This document shows, piece by piece, positions 18,040 through 27,768 of a DNA stretch of 49,975 nucleotides. The translations under genes were made by a program, and so were the position numbers. Position 1 is the stretch's first letter; the number at the start of each line of letters is the position of its first letter. Under the pieces are notes generated by a model. That model searched no databases, was not told the DNA's origin, and saw nothing but the letters and a program-made list of their open reading frames with translations. The stretch is from an uncultured Anaerolineae bacterium (lineage in GTDB: Bacteria; Chloroflexota; Anaerolineae; JAFGEY01): assembly GCA_964481205.1 (NCBI GenBank), contig CAYZYE010000005.1, forward strand, positions 1 to 49,975, read 5' to 3'.

Positions 18040-18795
18040 TCATCGCGCCAAACATGCTTTCTCGCGCTGGTCGATCCAGGTTTTTTGCCTGGGGTTCCAC
18101 CACTCGGTGATCAATTGCTTGAGCAGTCCCTTGTTTTCCAAAAAGGTGTGCGCGTTCTGGACGCGGGCGACGTCGGCGGCAAAGTCGTGTGTGTCGGAGC
18201 CAATTGAAAAGCGGACCTTGTGTTTTGCCAGCGCTTTCCACAGTTCGAGCGAGTAGGGGTCTGTGCTTTTGTAATAGGCGGTGAATGGGTTGGTCGAGAG
18301 TTCGACAAAGATGTCGTGTTCGTGCAGCGCCCAGGCCAATTCGTCGGCGGTATAATAGGAACAAAAGTTTTCGCTGAGGTTGTTGTGCGCCAGCCCAACC
18401 GGGATCGAGATGCACGTCCGCGCGGTCAGCAGACTTTCCAGGCTGTTGCCGTGCCACTCGGCGTCCTCGACGTATTCAAACAACACATAGTCAAAGCGGT
18501 CGATCTTGGGCCACAGCGCCGCGATCTTGGACTGGGTTCGGGCCGACCAGTCCACTTCGATGCCGGCGAGCAGGTTGATTTTGGAGGCAAAACGCCGCGC
18601 CACGCGGCGCAGATCATCGAGATAGTCATCGATCTGGTCGACGTCGACAAATGTCCGTTCCAGAAACATCTTGTTGGTGAAAAAATGATCGCTGATGCCG
18701 AGATGCGATAGTTTGCTTTGGATGCCCAACCGGGCCAGTTGTTTGGGCGTGTATCTGCCGTCTGACCAGGTCGAGTGGTTGTGCAAGTTGATCAC
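18040..18795 (-). CDS. PHP domain phosphoesterase
   Basis: GTG start; HNHSTWSDG, ISDH, AGIE, GSDTH metal ligands. Confidence 0.85.
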   Translation of the reverse strand: MINLHNHSTWSDGRYTPKQLARLGIQSKLSHLGISDHFFTNKMFLERTFVDVDQIDDYLDDLRRVARRFASKINLLAGIEVDWSARTQSKIAALWPKIDRFDYVLFEYVEDAEWHGNSLESLLTARTCISIPVGLAHNNLSENFCSYYTADELAWALHEHDIFVELSTNPFTAYYKSTDPYSLELWKALAKHKVRFSIGSDTHDFAADVARVQNAHTFLENKGLLKQLITEWWNPRQKTWIDQREKACLAR

Positions 18796-18887
18796 TTGGA
18801 TTTTCCCTTGTGTTGTTTGGTTGGTATGGTATGTTAGCACAACAGACTTGATTGTGCAAATCGGGGGGGTGGACAAAAAAAAGGGTG

Positions 18888-18916
18888 TTGGCATCGGGGC
18901 AAAAGAATGATATAAT
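18888..18916 (+). promoter_or_regulatory. sigma70-type promoter for the LysM/secreted protein genes
   Basis: TTGGCA-17 bp-TATAAT with extended TG. Confidence 0.55.
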
Positions 18917-18967
18917 CAATTGGTTGTGTTTCAAACAAGTTGAGGGATTCGAGGACAAGGCGCAGGT

Positions 18968-19336
18968 ATGAATGCAAAGCAGTGGTTGGCGGTCACATTG
19001 ATCGTTATTTTGAATATTATCATCTTGGGAGCGTTGCTCGGCGATCCGTCGGCGCGTCGGATCGATCCGACGCCGACCTGGACGCCGTATCCGACTTTTA
19101 CTCCGGCGCCTTTGCCCACGGCGACGGCGATTTTGATGCCGACGCTGCCGCCATCGCCGACGCCGCTGCCTACGTCGACGCCGGTGGTGCATGTCGTGGT
19201 TTTGGGTGAAACGCTGGAGACGATTGCCGCGGCCTATAACATCACTGTTGAGCAGCTTGTGGTCGCCAATCACCTGGCCGCGCCGTTCAAGCTTGCCCCC
19301 GGCGATCAGCTGCTCGTGCCCATTTCTGAACGATAG
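18968..19336 (+). CDS. membrane-anchored LysM domain protein
   Basis: N-terminal TM, PT linker, HVVVLGETLETIAAAYNITVEQLVVANHL...L.PGDQLLVP. Confidence 0.9.
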   Translation: MNAKQWLAVTLIVILNIIILGALLGDPSARRIDPTPTWTPYPTFTPAPLPTATAILMPTLPPSPTPLPTSTPVVHVVVLGETLETIAAAYNITVEQLVVANHLAAPFKLAPGDQLLVPISER

Positions 19337-19344
19337 AGGAGAAT

Positions 19345-20478
19345 ATGTTTAGGACGAACAAACAAGTTTTTCGAGTGTTGAACCTGTTTACCATGCTCGC
19401 ACTTGGGCTGCTGGCGATCACATTGTCGTCGGCGCTGGCGCAAGCGCCGGAAGGCGCGGGGCGCACAGAGGTCTCTCCGGCCGCCTGGGAGGTCGAGATC
19501 GTCGCGCCGAGTTTTACCAGCGGCGCTGACTTTGCCGCCACCGAGGTGGGCAACCCGTGGGATATGGACAGCGTGGATGACATCGACCGCTTGTGGACGA
19601 CCGACGAGCCTAGTTCTCACAATGGCCTCCCGGTCTCGACGACGTACAAGGTCGAGAATGGCATTCTGAAAATTTCGACCAATAGTACTGTTGCGGAAAA
19701 TGATCCTAATGACCCGTGCGAGTTTCCCAAGGGCGTGCCGCACCGCCCGCTGGCGTTCAACATGGGGGGCAAGCGGATCGACACATACAAGTATCGTTAT
19801 TTCTCTTACCGCTACAAGCTGATCCACGCGCCGCAGTCTCTGAATCGATACAAGTGCGGCAATGTGAACCGGATTCGCTGGTATCAGAACGACCTGGAGT
19901 GGGCGGAGGGGCGTACTAGCGATATTCTCATTCCCGACGAGGATCATATTCGATCGGCGCCGAATGACTGGTACACGTACAAGATCGATCTGTGGGAATA
20001 TGCTCACGTGGCTGCTCCCTACCGGGGCCCGGCGCAGTGGAACATCTTGCAGCTCATGTTTCACGAGGCCAACTATGGGTGGCCGGCGCAGCTGGACTGG
20101 GCGATGCTGACCGCCGAGAACGTGGCCGGCAGTTCATACACGGCCGCCTGGAACCTGGGCAGCGCGGTTCGGGCCAGCGCCACGCCGACGATGACCGTCT
20201 ATTGGTCTACCGACCGGACGGTCGGTGGTGTGTTCGGTTCGGGATATGTCTATGTGCCGCCGTCGGGCGGGGGGGGAACGGCAGGGCCGAATATGGTTTA
20301 CCTGCCGGTGGTGCTCAATCACGTCGTCGCCGGTTTTTCACCGTTGGAAGCCGATTATTCGCTCCAGATCGACGCGACCGGCCTGACCAGCGGCCAATAT
20401 TATTATGTCGCCATCGAGGTGGATGACGGCAGCAGCACGGCGTGGTTTTTTAGCGAGGTGCCGGTCAAAAAGCGGTGA
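19345..20478 (+). CDS. secreted hypothetical protein (beta-rich, Trp/Tyr-rich) with YLPVV motif
   Basis: Sec signal peptide (ALAQA cleavage); aromatic-rich; GGGG loop followed by MVYLPVVLN near the C-terminus. Confidence 0.7.
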   Translation: MFRTNKQVFRVLNLFTMLALGLLAITLSSALAQAPEGAGRTEVSPAAWEVEIVAPSFTSGADFAATEVGNPWDMDSVDDIDRLWTTDEPSSHNGLPVSTTYKVENGILKISTNSTVAENDPNDPCEFPKGVPHRPLAFNMGGKRIDTYKYRYFSYRYKLIHAPQSLNRYKCGNVNRIRWYQNDLEWAEGRTSDILIPDEDHIRSAPNDWYTYKIDLWEYAHVAAPYRGPAQWNILQLMFHEANYGWPAQLDWAMLTAENVAGSSYTAAWNLGSAVRASATPTMTVYWSTDRTVGGVFGSGYVYVPPSGGGGTAGPNMVYLPVVLNHVVAGFSPLEADYSLQIDATGLTSGQYYYVAIEVDDGSSTAWFFSEVPVKKR

Positions 20479-20480
20479 AT

Positions 20481-20509
20481 TTGCTTTTTGGCGCTGTTGG
20501 TGCTATACT
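20481..20509 (+). promoter_or_regulatory. sigma70-type promoter of the tRNA
   Basis: TTGCTT-17 bp-TATACT with extended TG, 12 bp upstream of the tRNA. Confidence 0.6.
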
Positions 20510-20521
20510 AGACGCTGTTAT

Positions 20522-20595
<74 letters not shown>

Positions 20596-20607
20596 TTTTT
20601 TGTTGCC

Positions 20608-21561
20608 TCATTCGGTATACCTCTGCAATGTCCCTCTGGCCGTTTCCTGGACGCGCGCGACGAGTTCGGCAGGTTCCAGTACCCTGGCTTGAGCGCCATA
20701 GCTCAACACCCATCCGGTCGCCCAGTCGAGCGTGCTTTGCCCAAAGTGCGCCGTCAGCGAGCCGTCGGCGTGATCCTCGATGCGCATCCAGTGCCCGTAT
20801 CGTTCTCTGACCTGAGCGGCGGCGGCGACCCCAATCTGTACTTTGACCCAATAATTGGGTTCAAAATGCCTGGTGCGGGCCATATACTCGCGCACGTCAA
20901 AGTCGCGCGGCATCGCAAAGCAGTCTTGTACCGGCGTAATGTTTTGGATGCGATCGATGCGAAAGGTGCGCAAATCCTGGCGCAAACGGCAGTATCCCAC
21001 CAGGTACCACAGTCCCCATTGCAGCGTGAGCGCATAAGGCTCGACCACGCGCTCGGTTTGCTTTAGGCCAAAACTTTGATATTGCAGGCTGATGCAGCGC
21101 CGGTTGGCGATGCACTCGCGCAAGGTGTGGATCGCCTGTTCCCAGGGGCGATAGTCCCGCGCGGTCAGGCCGGAGACGAACAGGCTTTGCCGCGCTTGAG
21201 CCACTTGATGGCGCAGGTCGTCGGGCAGGACGTTGTCCAGTTTGGCTGTGACCGAGGTGACGGCGTCGTTGTAGGTTTGTCCCCATACCTCCCGGATCAG
21301 GTTGGCGCCCATATAGAGCACCGTCGCTTCCTCGGCGGTAAAGATGAGCGGCGGCAGTTTGTAGCCGCGCAGCAGCGAAAAGCCGCCATACGGGCCTCGT
21401 TCAGAGTAAATGGGGATGCCCATTTCTTCGAGCATGGCGATATAGCGATGTACGGTTCGCTCGGAAACGTTCAACTCTTTTTTGAGTTCGGAGGCTTTCC
21501 ATCTGGCGCGCGATTGCAGCAGCAAGATGAGTGAAAGCAGGCGTGTGGCAACGTTGCTCAC
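20608..21561 (-). CDS. YafY-family HTH-WYL transcriptional regulator
   Basis: GTG start with GGAAGGAG RBS; RLLSLILLLQ..VSERTVHRYI..L..MG; WYLVGYC.LR.DLRTFRIDRI. Confidence 0.93.
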   Translation of the reverse strand: MSNVATRLLSLILLLQSRARWKASELKKELNVSERTVHRYIAMLEEMGIPIYSERGPYGGFSLLRGYKLPPLIFTAEEATVLYMGANLIREVWGQTYNDAVTSVTAKLDNVLPDDLRHQVAQARQSLFVSGLTARDYRPWEQAIHTLRECIANRRCISLQYQSFGLKQTERVVEPYALTLQWGLWYLVGYCRLRQDLRTFRIDRIQNITPVQDCFAMPRDFDVREYMARTRHFEPNYWVKVQIGVAAAAQVRERYGHWMRIEDHADGSLTAHFGQSTLDWATGWVLSYGAQARVLEPAELVARVQETARGTLQRYTE

Positions 21562-21670
21562 AAATGATCTCCTTCCAGCGGGTGATTGGTTGGCATAGAC
21601 CTGGTTATTATACCACAAAATCTCGACACAAAGTGACATCATTTCACAGCCGGTGGTTGCAGGGATTGTT

Positions 21671-21699
21671 TTGACGGTTTGGCGTGATTGGGTTATACT
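21671..21699 (+). promoter_or_regulatory. sigma70-type promoter for the SGNH-fabG-MaoC genes
   Basis: TTGACG-17 bp-TATACT; a divergent extended -10 (TGGTATAAT on minus, 21607-21615) would serve the WYL gene. Confidence 0.6.
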
Positions 21700-21733
21700 G
21701 GCGTGGATTAAATCTTGAATGTGGAGGATGTCG

Positions 21734-22363
21734 ATGATTTACGAAAATGATCTTGTTTTGTTTCAGGGGGACAGCATCACCGATGCCGGGCGCAGCCGCA
21801 GGGACGATCATGACCTGGGGCGCGGTTACGCGGCTATGGTCGCCGCCTGGTTTGGAGCGGCCTGGCCGGAAAAGAATGTGCGTTTTGTCAACCGGGGCGT
21901 CAGCGGCAACCGCTCCAAGGATTTGGTTGCGCGCTGGCCGGCCGATTGTTTGAGTCTCAAGCCGAATCTGGTTTCGATCATGATTGGGATCAATGACACC
22001 TGGCGGCGCTATGACAGCAACGATCCCACCTCGACGGAGGCGTTTGCGCGCTCGTATCGCGCCATTTTGGGCCAGGTGCGCAATCGGCTCGACGCGCGGC
22101 TGGTGATCTGTGAGCCTTTTTTGCTGCCGGTGCTCGACGATCGCCGCGCCTGGCGTGTTGACCTGGACCCCAAGATCGTTATTGTCCGCGACCTGGCGCG
22201 TGAGTTTGGCGCGGTCTATGTCCCGCTCGACGGCATTTTTGCCCAGGCTTCGATGCGCCGCGAACCGGCTTTTTGGACCGCCGACGGCGTGCATCCCTCC
22301 CCGGCCGGTCACGCGCTGATCGCGCAAGCGTGGCTCAAGGCGGTCGTTGGCGCGCTGGGGTAA
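21734..22363 (+). CDS. SGNH/GDSL hydrolase
   Basis: FQGDSIT, NRGVSG, GIND, DGVHP blocks. Confidence 0.93.
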   Translation: MIYENDLVLFQGDSITDAGRSRRDDHDLGRGYAAMVAAWFGAAWPEKNVRFVNRGVSGNRSKDLVARWPADCLSLKPNLVSIMIGINDTWRRYDSNDPTSTEAFARSYRAILGQVRNRLDARLVICEPFLLPVLDDRRAWRVDLDPKIVIVRDLAREFGAVYVPLDGIFAQASMRREPAFWTADGVHPSPAGHALIAQAWLKAVVGALG

Positions 22364-22464
22364 AGGGCGCTCAATTCGACGTTCGCTTTCTGCCGCGCAT
22401 GGCACGAATTGTGACCGAGTTTTTGTGTTCTGGCCTGGGGTTTTGGGCGAGAAAGGGGGAATGG

Positions 22465-23202
22465 ATGACCAGAGTGGCATTGATCACGGGCGCGTCGCGG
22501 GGAATAGGGCGCGCGATTGCCGGGCGATTGGCTGCCGACGGTTTTCGGGTTGCCGTCAATTACGTCGCTCGCGCCGACGCTGCCCGCCAGGTGGTGGAAG
22601 AGATCCGTGATCGGGGAGGGACGGCGGTGGCCGTGCAGGCCGATGTGCGCCGGATGGACGCCGTGCTCGAGATGACGGCTCAGGTGGAGGATGCCTTGGG
22701 CGCGGTCGATGTGTTGATCAACAATGCCGGTATTACGCGGGATGGATTGTTGGTTCGTATGCCGGCGCAGGATTGGCTTGATGTGATCGAGACCAATTTG
22801 CACGGCGCGTTTTTTTGCACCCAGGCCGTGCTGCGCAAGATGATGCGGCGACGTTGGGGCCGGATCGTCAACATTTCGTCGGTGGCGGGGTTGGCCGGCA
22901 ATGCCGGGCAGGCCAATTATGCGGCGGCCAAGGCCGGGTTGATTGGCTTGACCCGTTCGTTGGCCAGGGAGGTCGGCTCGCGCAACATTACCGTCAATGC
23001 GGTTGCGCCGGGTTTTGTCGAGACCGAGATGACGGCAAATCTGGCCCCAGAGTGGAAGGCACAGGCGCTCCAGTTGACGCCGGCCGGGCGTTTTGGTCGC
23101 CCCCAAGATGTGGCGGCGATGGTGGCCTTTTTGGTTTCGGATCGGGCGGCCTATGTGACCGGGCAGGTCATTTCGGTCGATGGCGGATTGGGAATGAGGT
23201 GA
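22465..23202 (+). CDS. fabG: 3-oxoacyl-ACP/CoA reductase
   Basis: TGASRGIG, NNAGITRD, GNAGQANYAAAK, NAVAPGF. Confidence 0.88.
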   Translation: MTRVALITGASRGIGRAIAGRLAADGFRVAVNYVARADAARQVVEEIRDRGGTAVAVQADVRRMDAVLEMTAQVEDALGAVDVLINNAGITRDGLLVRMPAQDWLDVIETNLHGAFFCTQAVLRKMMRRRWGRIVNISSVAGLAGNAGQANYAAAKAGLIGLTRSLAREVGSRNITVNAVAPGFVETEMTANLAPEWKAQALQLTPAGRFGRPQDVAAMVAFLVSDRAAYVTGQVISVDGGLGMR

Positions 23203-23207
23203 AGACA

Positions 23208-23678
23208 ATGAATAAACAGTTATCTCTGCCCAAGGGGGCGTATTTTGAGGATTTTGCCGTGGGGCAAGAGATGGTGACGCGGGGGCGCACGATCACCGAA
23301 GCCGACGTCGTCAATTTTGCCGGTTTGTCGGGCGATTTTCACCCTCTGCATACCGACGAGGTGTACGCCGGTCAGCAGATTTTTGGGCAACGTGTCGCTC
23401 ACGGCGTGTTGGGGCTGTCGGTCGCCACCGGCCTGGCTATGGGGTTGGGGGTTATCGACGAGTCGATCATTGCTTTTCGTGAACTGCGGTGCAGGTTCTC
23501 CAAGCCGATTCTCATCGGTGATACCATTTACGTGCGTCTGCTCATCACCAGGGTCAAGGCGATGCCGCGTCTAAACGGCGGGCTGGTCGAGCTGGATGTC
23601 AAGGTGTACAATCAGCGGGACCAGGTGGTGCAATCCGGGAGTTGGACGGTGCTGTCTCGCAACCGTGAAGCAGGGTAA
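23208..23678 (+). CDS. MaoC-family (hot-dog) dehydratase
   Basis: YFEDF.VG, RTITEAD..FAGLSGDFHPLH.D, AHG. Confidence 0.9.
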   Translation: MNKQLSLPKGAYFEDFAVGQEMVTRGRTITEADVVNFAGLSGDFHPLHTDEVYAGQQIFGQRVAHGVLGLSVATGLAMGLGVIDESIIAFRELRCRFSKPILIGDTIYVRLLITRVKAMPRLNGGLVELDVKVYNQRDQVVQSGSWTVLSRNREAG

Positions 23679-23700
23679 CGCCCAAGGGGCCGGCCGGGGG

Positions 23701-25185
23701 CTATTTTTTTGCGTTTTCGGCGTCTCGGATGTATGTCCAATCACCGGCAAAAGCTCGCTCTCCTTGCCCGGCCGGGCCGGCGAGTCCCAGTTGTCCTTTG
23801 CCTGTTACCGGTTCGTGTGTGCCGTCGAGGGCGGGATCGACATAGTGTACGAACCACGCTTCCAGCTCGGCTTTCATTTCCCGAATTTGGCCTTGATAGG
23901 CCGTTTCCTCGATCAAGTTGTTTTCCTCGCCGGGGTCGTTCACCAGGTCATAGAACTCGTGCGGGCCATAGGGATAGCGATGGATGTATTTCCACGTTGT
24001 GCTGCGGATCATCCGCACCGGGCCGTACTCGGCGAACGGCTTGCGGTTGTCCAAAATCACGATGCTTTCTCGACCGCCCAGGGTTTTCCCATTGAGCAGT
24101 GACGCAAAACTGGCGCCGGGCAGTTGTTCGGCGGCCGGGTTTTCAAGCCCCAGGTATTCGAGCAGGGTGGGCATGATGTCATAGTGGCTCAACAGGTGTT
24201 CATCGACGACGCCCTCGGGCGCGTGGCCGGGGCGGGAGATCAGGGTGGGTACGCGGACCGAGGTGTCGAACATGTTTTGTGGAAAGGTGCCGTTGCCTTT
24301 GCCAAAGATGCCGTGGTGTCCCATGTTCATTCCATTGTCGCTGGTAAAGATGAGCAGGGTGTTTTCGCGCAGGCCGTTTTCTTCCAGCCAGCCGAGCAGC
24401 CGGCCGACATTGGCATCCATGGCGGTGATTGCGGCGTAATAGCCGCTCAAGAGCGGGCGGCGGGTCTCTGGGGTGTAGCCATGTGGTGCGCTGTTCACTT
24501 GCCAGGGGTGCATCGGCAGACGTGGGATCGAGGCAAAGGAACAGTTGTTGAAATAGTCGTCGAACAGGTCATGGGGATGGTTGCCGCGGTCCCACGGGCT
24601 GTGCGGCGCAGTATAGTGTACGCTGAGGTAAAAGGGCGCATCGGAGCCAATTTGTTCGTTCAAAAAACCTAGCGCGTTGTCGGTGATGTGGTCGGTGACG
24701 TATTTTGGTTCGCAGACGACCTTGCCGTCGACGATCATTGGCGCGTCATAGTACGAGCTGCCACCTTTGGCGTGTACCTGCCAAAAGGTAAAGCCCTTTT
24801 GGGCGTGGTGCGCGTCGCCGAGGTGCCATTTGCCGCTCAGGCCGCAGCGGTAGCCGTTTTGGGCGAGCAGTTCGGTATAGGCCAGTTGCCCCTGGAGGTA
24901 CTCGATCAGCCGTCCGCCTTTGTCGCGTTCGATGGTCGAATTTCCGGCGCGCAGCCAGTCGTGGATGCCATGTTGCGAGGGGATGCGTCCGGTGAGGATC
25001 GACGCGCGGGCGGGTGAGCAGACCGGCGAGGCGCAAAAGAAATTTTCAAAACGAATGCCTTGGGCGGCAATCCGGTCGAGGTTGGGTGTGCGTACCTGGG
25101 CGCCGGCGCAGCCCATCGCCCAGTAGCCCTGGTCGTCGGTGAGAATAAAGAGAATGTTGGGTCGAGTTGGGTCTTGGCTTGGCAT
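23701..25185 (-). CDS. Cys-type sulfatase, cytoplasmic
   Basis: PNILFILTDDQ, CSPARAS (CxPxR), GKWHLG, FTSDNG; no signal peptide. Confidence 0.92.
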   Translation of the reverse strand: MPSQDPTRPNILFILTDDQGYWAMGCAGAQVRTPNLDRIAAQGIRFENFFCASPVCSPARASILTGRIPSQHGIHDWLRAGNSTIERDKGGRLIEYLQGQLAYTELLAQNGYRCGLSGKWHLGDAHHAQKGFTFWQVHAKGGSSYYDAPMIVDGKVVCEPKYVTDHITDNALGFLNEQIGSDAPFYLSVHYTAPHSPWDRGNHPHDLFDDYFNNCSFASIPRLPMHPWQVNSAPHGYTPETRRPLLSGYYAAITAMDANVGRLLGWLEENGLRENTLLIFTSDNGMNMGHHGIFGKGNGTFPQNMFDTSVRVPTLISRPGHAPEGVVDEHLLSHYDIMPTLLEYLGLENPAAEQLPGASFASLLNGKTLGGRESIVILDNRKPFAEYGPVRMIRSTTWKYIHRYPYGPHEFYDLVNDPGEENNLIEETAYQGQIREMKAELEAWFVHYVDPALDGTHEPVTGKGQLGLAGPAGQGERAFAGDWTYIRDAENAKK

Positions 25186-25216
25186 TGGGGTGTCCTTTGT
25201 GTTTTTGTCTGGCCGG

Positions 25217-26428
25217 TCAATTGGTCTCGAATTGTTGTCGTTTGTCTCCAAACAATGTCATCAAGGCGACAAAGATGATCAGCGCCAGTCCCAGGTTGGC
25301 GATTGTGGTGTAAGTGATCACCTGGGGGCCAATTCTTTCAAAGAGCTGCCCGATGAGCCAGGGTATGATCAACCCGCCAGAGCTGACGCCGATAAAAAAC
25401 CAGCCCGTGGCCTGGCCGGTGATTGACATCAAACTTTCGGCCAGCGACATGGTGGTGGCAAAGAGCGGCGCAATGGTCAGGCCGGCGCCCATCACGCCGA
25501 TCCACACGGCCGGCGGCGAGTGGGGCCAGATCAAGATGATGCACGCGCTCAAGACCCCCAGGATCAGGTTGCCGGCCAACATTGTGCGCGGGCGCAAGCG
25601 GATGGCGATGGGGATCGCCAACAGTCGCCCCAGTGTAAATGCGCCCCAGAATGCCGAGTTGAGATAGGCGGCGGTCGTTTCGTCGCCCAGGTTCATTTTC
25701 AGCGCATAGGTGAAAATCCACCCACCGATGCCCAACTCGGCGCCGACGATGAGAAAAAAGAACAGCGCGAGCAGGATGACGAGCAAGATGTTGACCTGGC
25801 TGTTTGCTTTTTCTTGGCCGGCATTCTGCACGGACGGGCTGGGCAAGCGACTGATCAGCAGGATGACGGGAACGACGAGCAAGGCGAGTGTCCAGTACAC
25901 CCAGCGTACATTGTCGGTTCGCTGCATTACCTGGGCGACGATGAGCGGCGACAGGAACGCGCCAACGCCAAAGAAAAAGTGCAGGCCATTCATGTACGGC
26001 CCTACCTGGTCTTGGTGAACCCAAACCAACAATGTGTTGCCGCCCACGTCGAGGACGCCTGCGGCGGCGCCGATCAACAGCCATACGGCGGCCAGCAGCC
26101 ACAGGTGGGTGACAAAGGGCACGCCGACGATCAGCGCGGCGACGATCAGGAGGACGCTCGCCAGCACCGGATGTCCGGGCATGCGGTCGTACAATCGTCC
26201 GCCTTGGGACGAGCCGATCAGATAACCCAGTGAATGGGCCGTGAACACATAGCTGATTTGACTCAAGGCGCTCGATGTGTTTTCGGCCAGGTTGGGCAGT
26301 GTTGGCCCCAGCGAGGCCGAGACGACGCCCAGGGCGGCAAAACCGGCATAATAGCCGATGGTTTGCGCAGTTTTACGGGCGCGTAATGTGGTTGGCGAAA
26401 CGGTGGTCGTTGATGAATTCATGATCAC
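25217..26428 (-). CDS. MFS transporter (FucP/MFSD4-like)
   Basis: About 12 TM segments, LGPTLP.LA, LDVGGN, MNGLHFFFGVGA. Confidence 0.88.
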   Translation of the reverse strand: MIMNSSTTTVSPTTLRARKTAQTIGYYAGFAALGVVSASLGPTLPNLAENTSSALSQISYVFTAHSLGYLIGSSQGGRLYDRMPGHPVLASVLLIVAALIVGVPFVTHLWLLAAVWLLIGAAAGVLDVGGNTLLVWVHQDQVGPYMNGLHFFFGVGAFLSPLIVAQVMQRTDNVRWVYWTLALLVVPVILLISRLPSPSVQNAGQEKANSQVNILLVILLALFFFLIVGAELGIGGWIFTYALKMNLGDETTAAYLNSAFWGAFTLGRLLAIPIAIRLRPRTMLAGNLILGVLSACIILIWPHSPPAVWIGVMGAGLTIAPLFATTMSLAESLMSITGQATGWFFIGVSSGGLIIPWLIGQLFERIGPQVITYTTIANLGLALIIFVALMTLFGDKRQQFETN

Positions 26429-26455
26429 TCCTGCTACCGAGAATAATAGATTGTT

Positions 26456-26926
26456 CTATGATCGCAATGTGGCTTTGAGGCGCAGTGGGTGGAGTAAGAG
26501 TTCCAGCGCATAAACGATGCCCGGACTGACGATGTCGGCGGCGTTGACCGTTTCGATGGCGGCGCCTTCCGGCTGGATCAGGGCGATGCCCAGCGTCGAT
26601 GCCTGGAGCATCAGGCGGTCGTTGCGCCCGTTGCCAATGCTGACCGTGTGCGCCGCGCCGAGGCTGTGTACGTAATCGCGTTTGGCCTCGGTTTGATTGC
26701 CGGCCGGCAAGATGGACAGTGTGCAGGGGACGCCGGCAAGCTGCGCGCGTGCGCTGCCAAAAGTGTCGGCGGTGACGACGTGGACGGCAACCTGTGCGGC
26801 CAGCTCGTTCAATGCCTCTCTGACCCCGGCGATCAGTTGGCCGTCAAAGGCGATCGTGCCATTGTAATCCAGGATGACATGTTCAAATTTGAGCGTTTTA
26901 TAACCCGGAATGTCGATTTGAATCAT
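26456..26926 (-). CDS. HAD-family hydrolase (soluble P-type ATPase-like)
   Basis: LDYNGT motif I, TADT motif II, GNGRND motif IV. Confidence 0.85.
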   Translation of the reverse strand: MIQIDIPGYKTLKFEHVILDYNGTIAFDGQLIAGVREALNELAAQVAVHVVTADTFGSARAQLAGVPCTLSILPAGNQTEAKRDYVHSLGAAHTVSIGNGRNDRLMLQASTLGIALIQPEGAAIETVNAADIVSPGIVYALELLLHPLRLKATLRS

Positions 26927-27006
26927 TCTTTTTCCTTTGCAAGAGTCGTCTTGGCGTTTGACAATCCCCTTGGAGCACAGGCGCCGGCCGCGCCCTGGCG
27001 TTTTTG

Positions 27007-27768
27007 CTAGACCTGTCCCCACTTGATCAAGTTGTCGATGCTCAATTTGGCGCTTTCCAGCGACGGGCGTTGGCAGCGATCCTGCTCGACGATGTACCAT
27101 GTCGCGCCGTTGGCCTGGCTGGCGGCGAAAATGGCGTGCATGTCGATAATTCCTTCTCCCACCTCGGCAAAAGTCGGCTCGTCGCCGGCGGTCATATCTT
27201 TGAGGTGAATCAATGGGAAACGCCCCGGACGGGCGGCAATGGTTTCGGCGGGATCATGGCCCGCAAACTGCACCCAGTAGACATCCACTTCGCCTTTGAC
27301 CAGCTCTGGGTCCGTGTTGTCGTACAGGGCGTCGAACAGTGTCTTGTCCCCGATCCGGGCCTCAAACTCAAAGGCGTGGTTGTGGTAACAAAACTGCATT
27401 CCACGGGACTGGCAGGTCTGACCGATGCGGTTGAACAGGGCGCACGTTTCGGCAAACTGCTCCGGCGCGCGGTATGGTTCCGGCAAATAGGGACAGGTGA
27501 TGTACGGCGCGCCCAGTTCGGCAAAGTAGTCGAGTTGGGCCTCCAGTTCGCCGGTGAGCAGGTCGATCGCCAGGTGCGGCCCGACCGCCTTGAGGTTCAG
27601 TTCGTCGAGCAGCGCTTTCAATGCTGGCGCCGATAGCCCGCCCGTTCCGGCAAACTCGACGCTGTTGTAACCCATTTGGGCGACCTGGCGCACCGTACCG
27701 GCAAAATCTTGGGCCGTTTTGTCTCGAACGGTGTAAAGCTGTAATGCAACAGGTAATTTCTTGGTCAT
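27007..27768 (-). CDS. sugar phosphate isomerase/epimerase (IolE/AP endonuclease 2 TIM barrel)
   Basis: QLYTVRD, YHNHAFEF, EVDVYW, HLKD, E.GEG, IVEQD. Confidence 0.9.
   Translation of the reverse strand: MTKKLPVALQLYTVRDKTAQDFAGTVRQVAQMGYNSVEFAGTGGLSAPALKALLDELNLKAVGPHLAIDLLTGELEAQLDYFAELGAPYITCPYLPEPYRAPEQFAETCALFNRIGQTCQSRGMQFCYHNHAFEFEARIGDKTLFDALYDNTDPELVKGEVDVYWVQFAGHDPAETIAARPGRFPLIHLKDMTAGDEPTFAEVGEGIIDMHAIFAASQANGATWYIVEQDRCQRPSLESAKLSIDNLIKWGQV

Noticed and set aside
21613-21640. Possible WYL-regulator operator (GACAC-AAA-GTGAC)
   Set aside because: The imperfect palindrome is too weak to support without comparative data.
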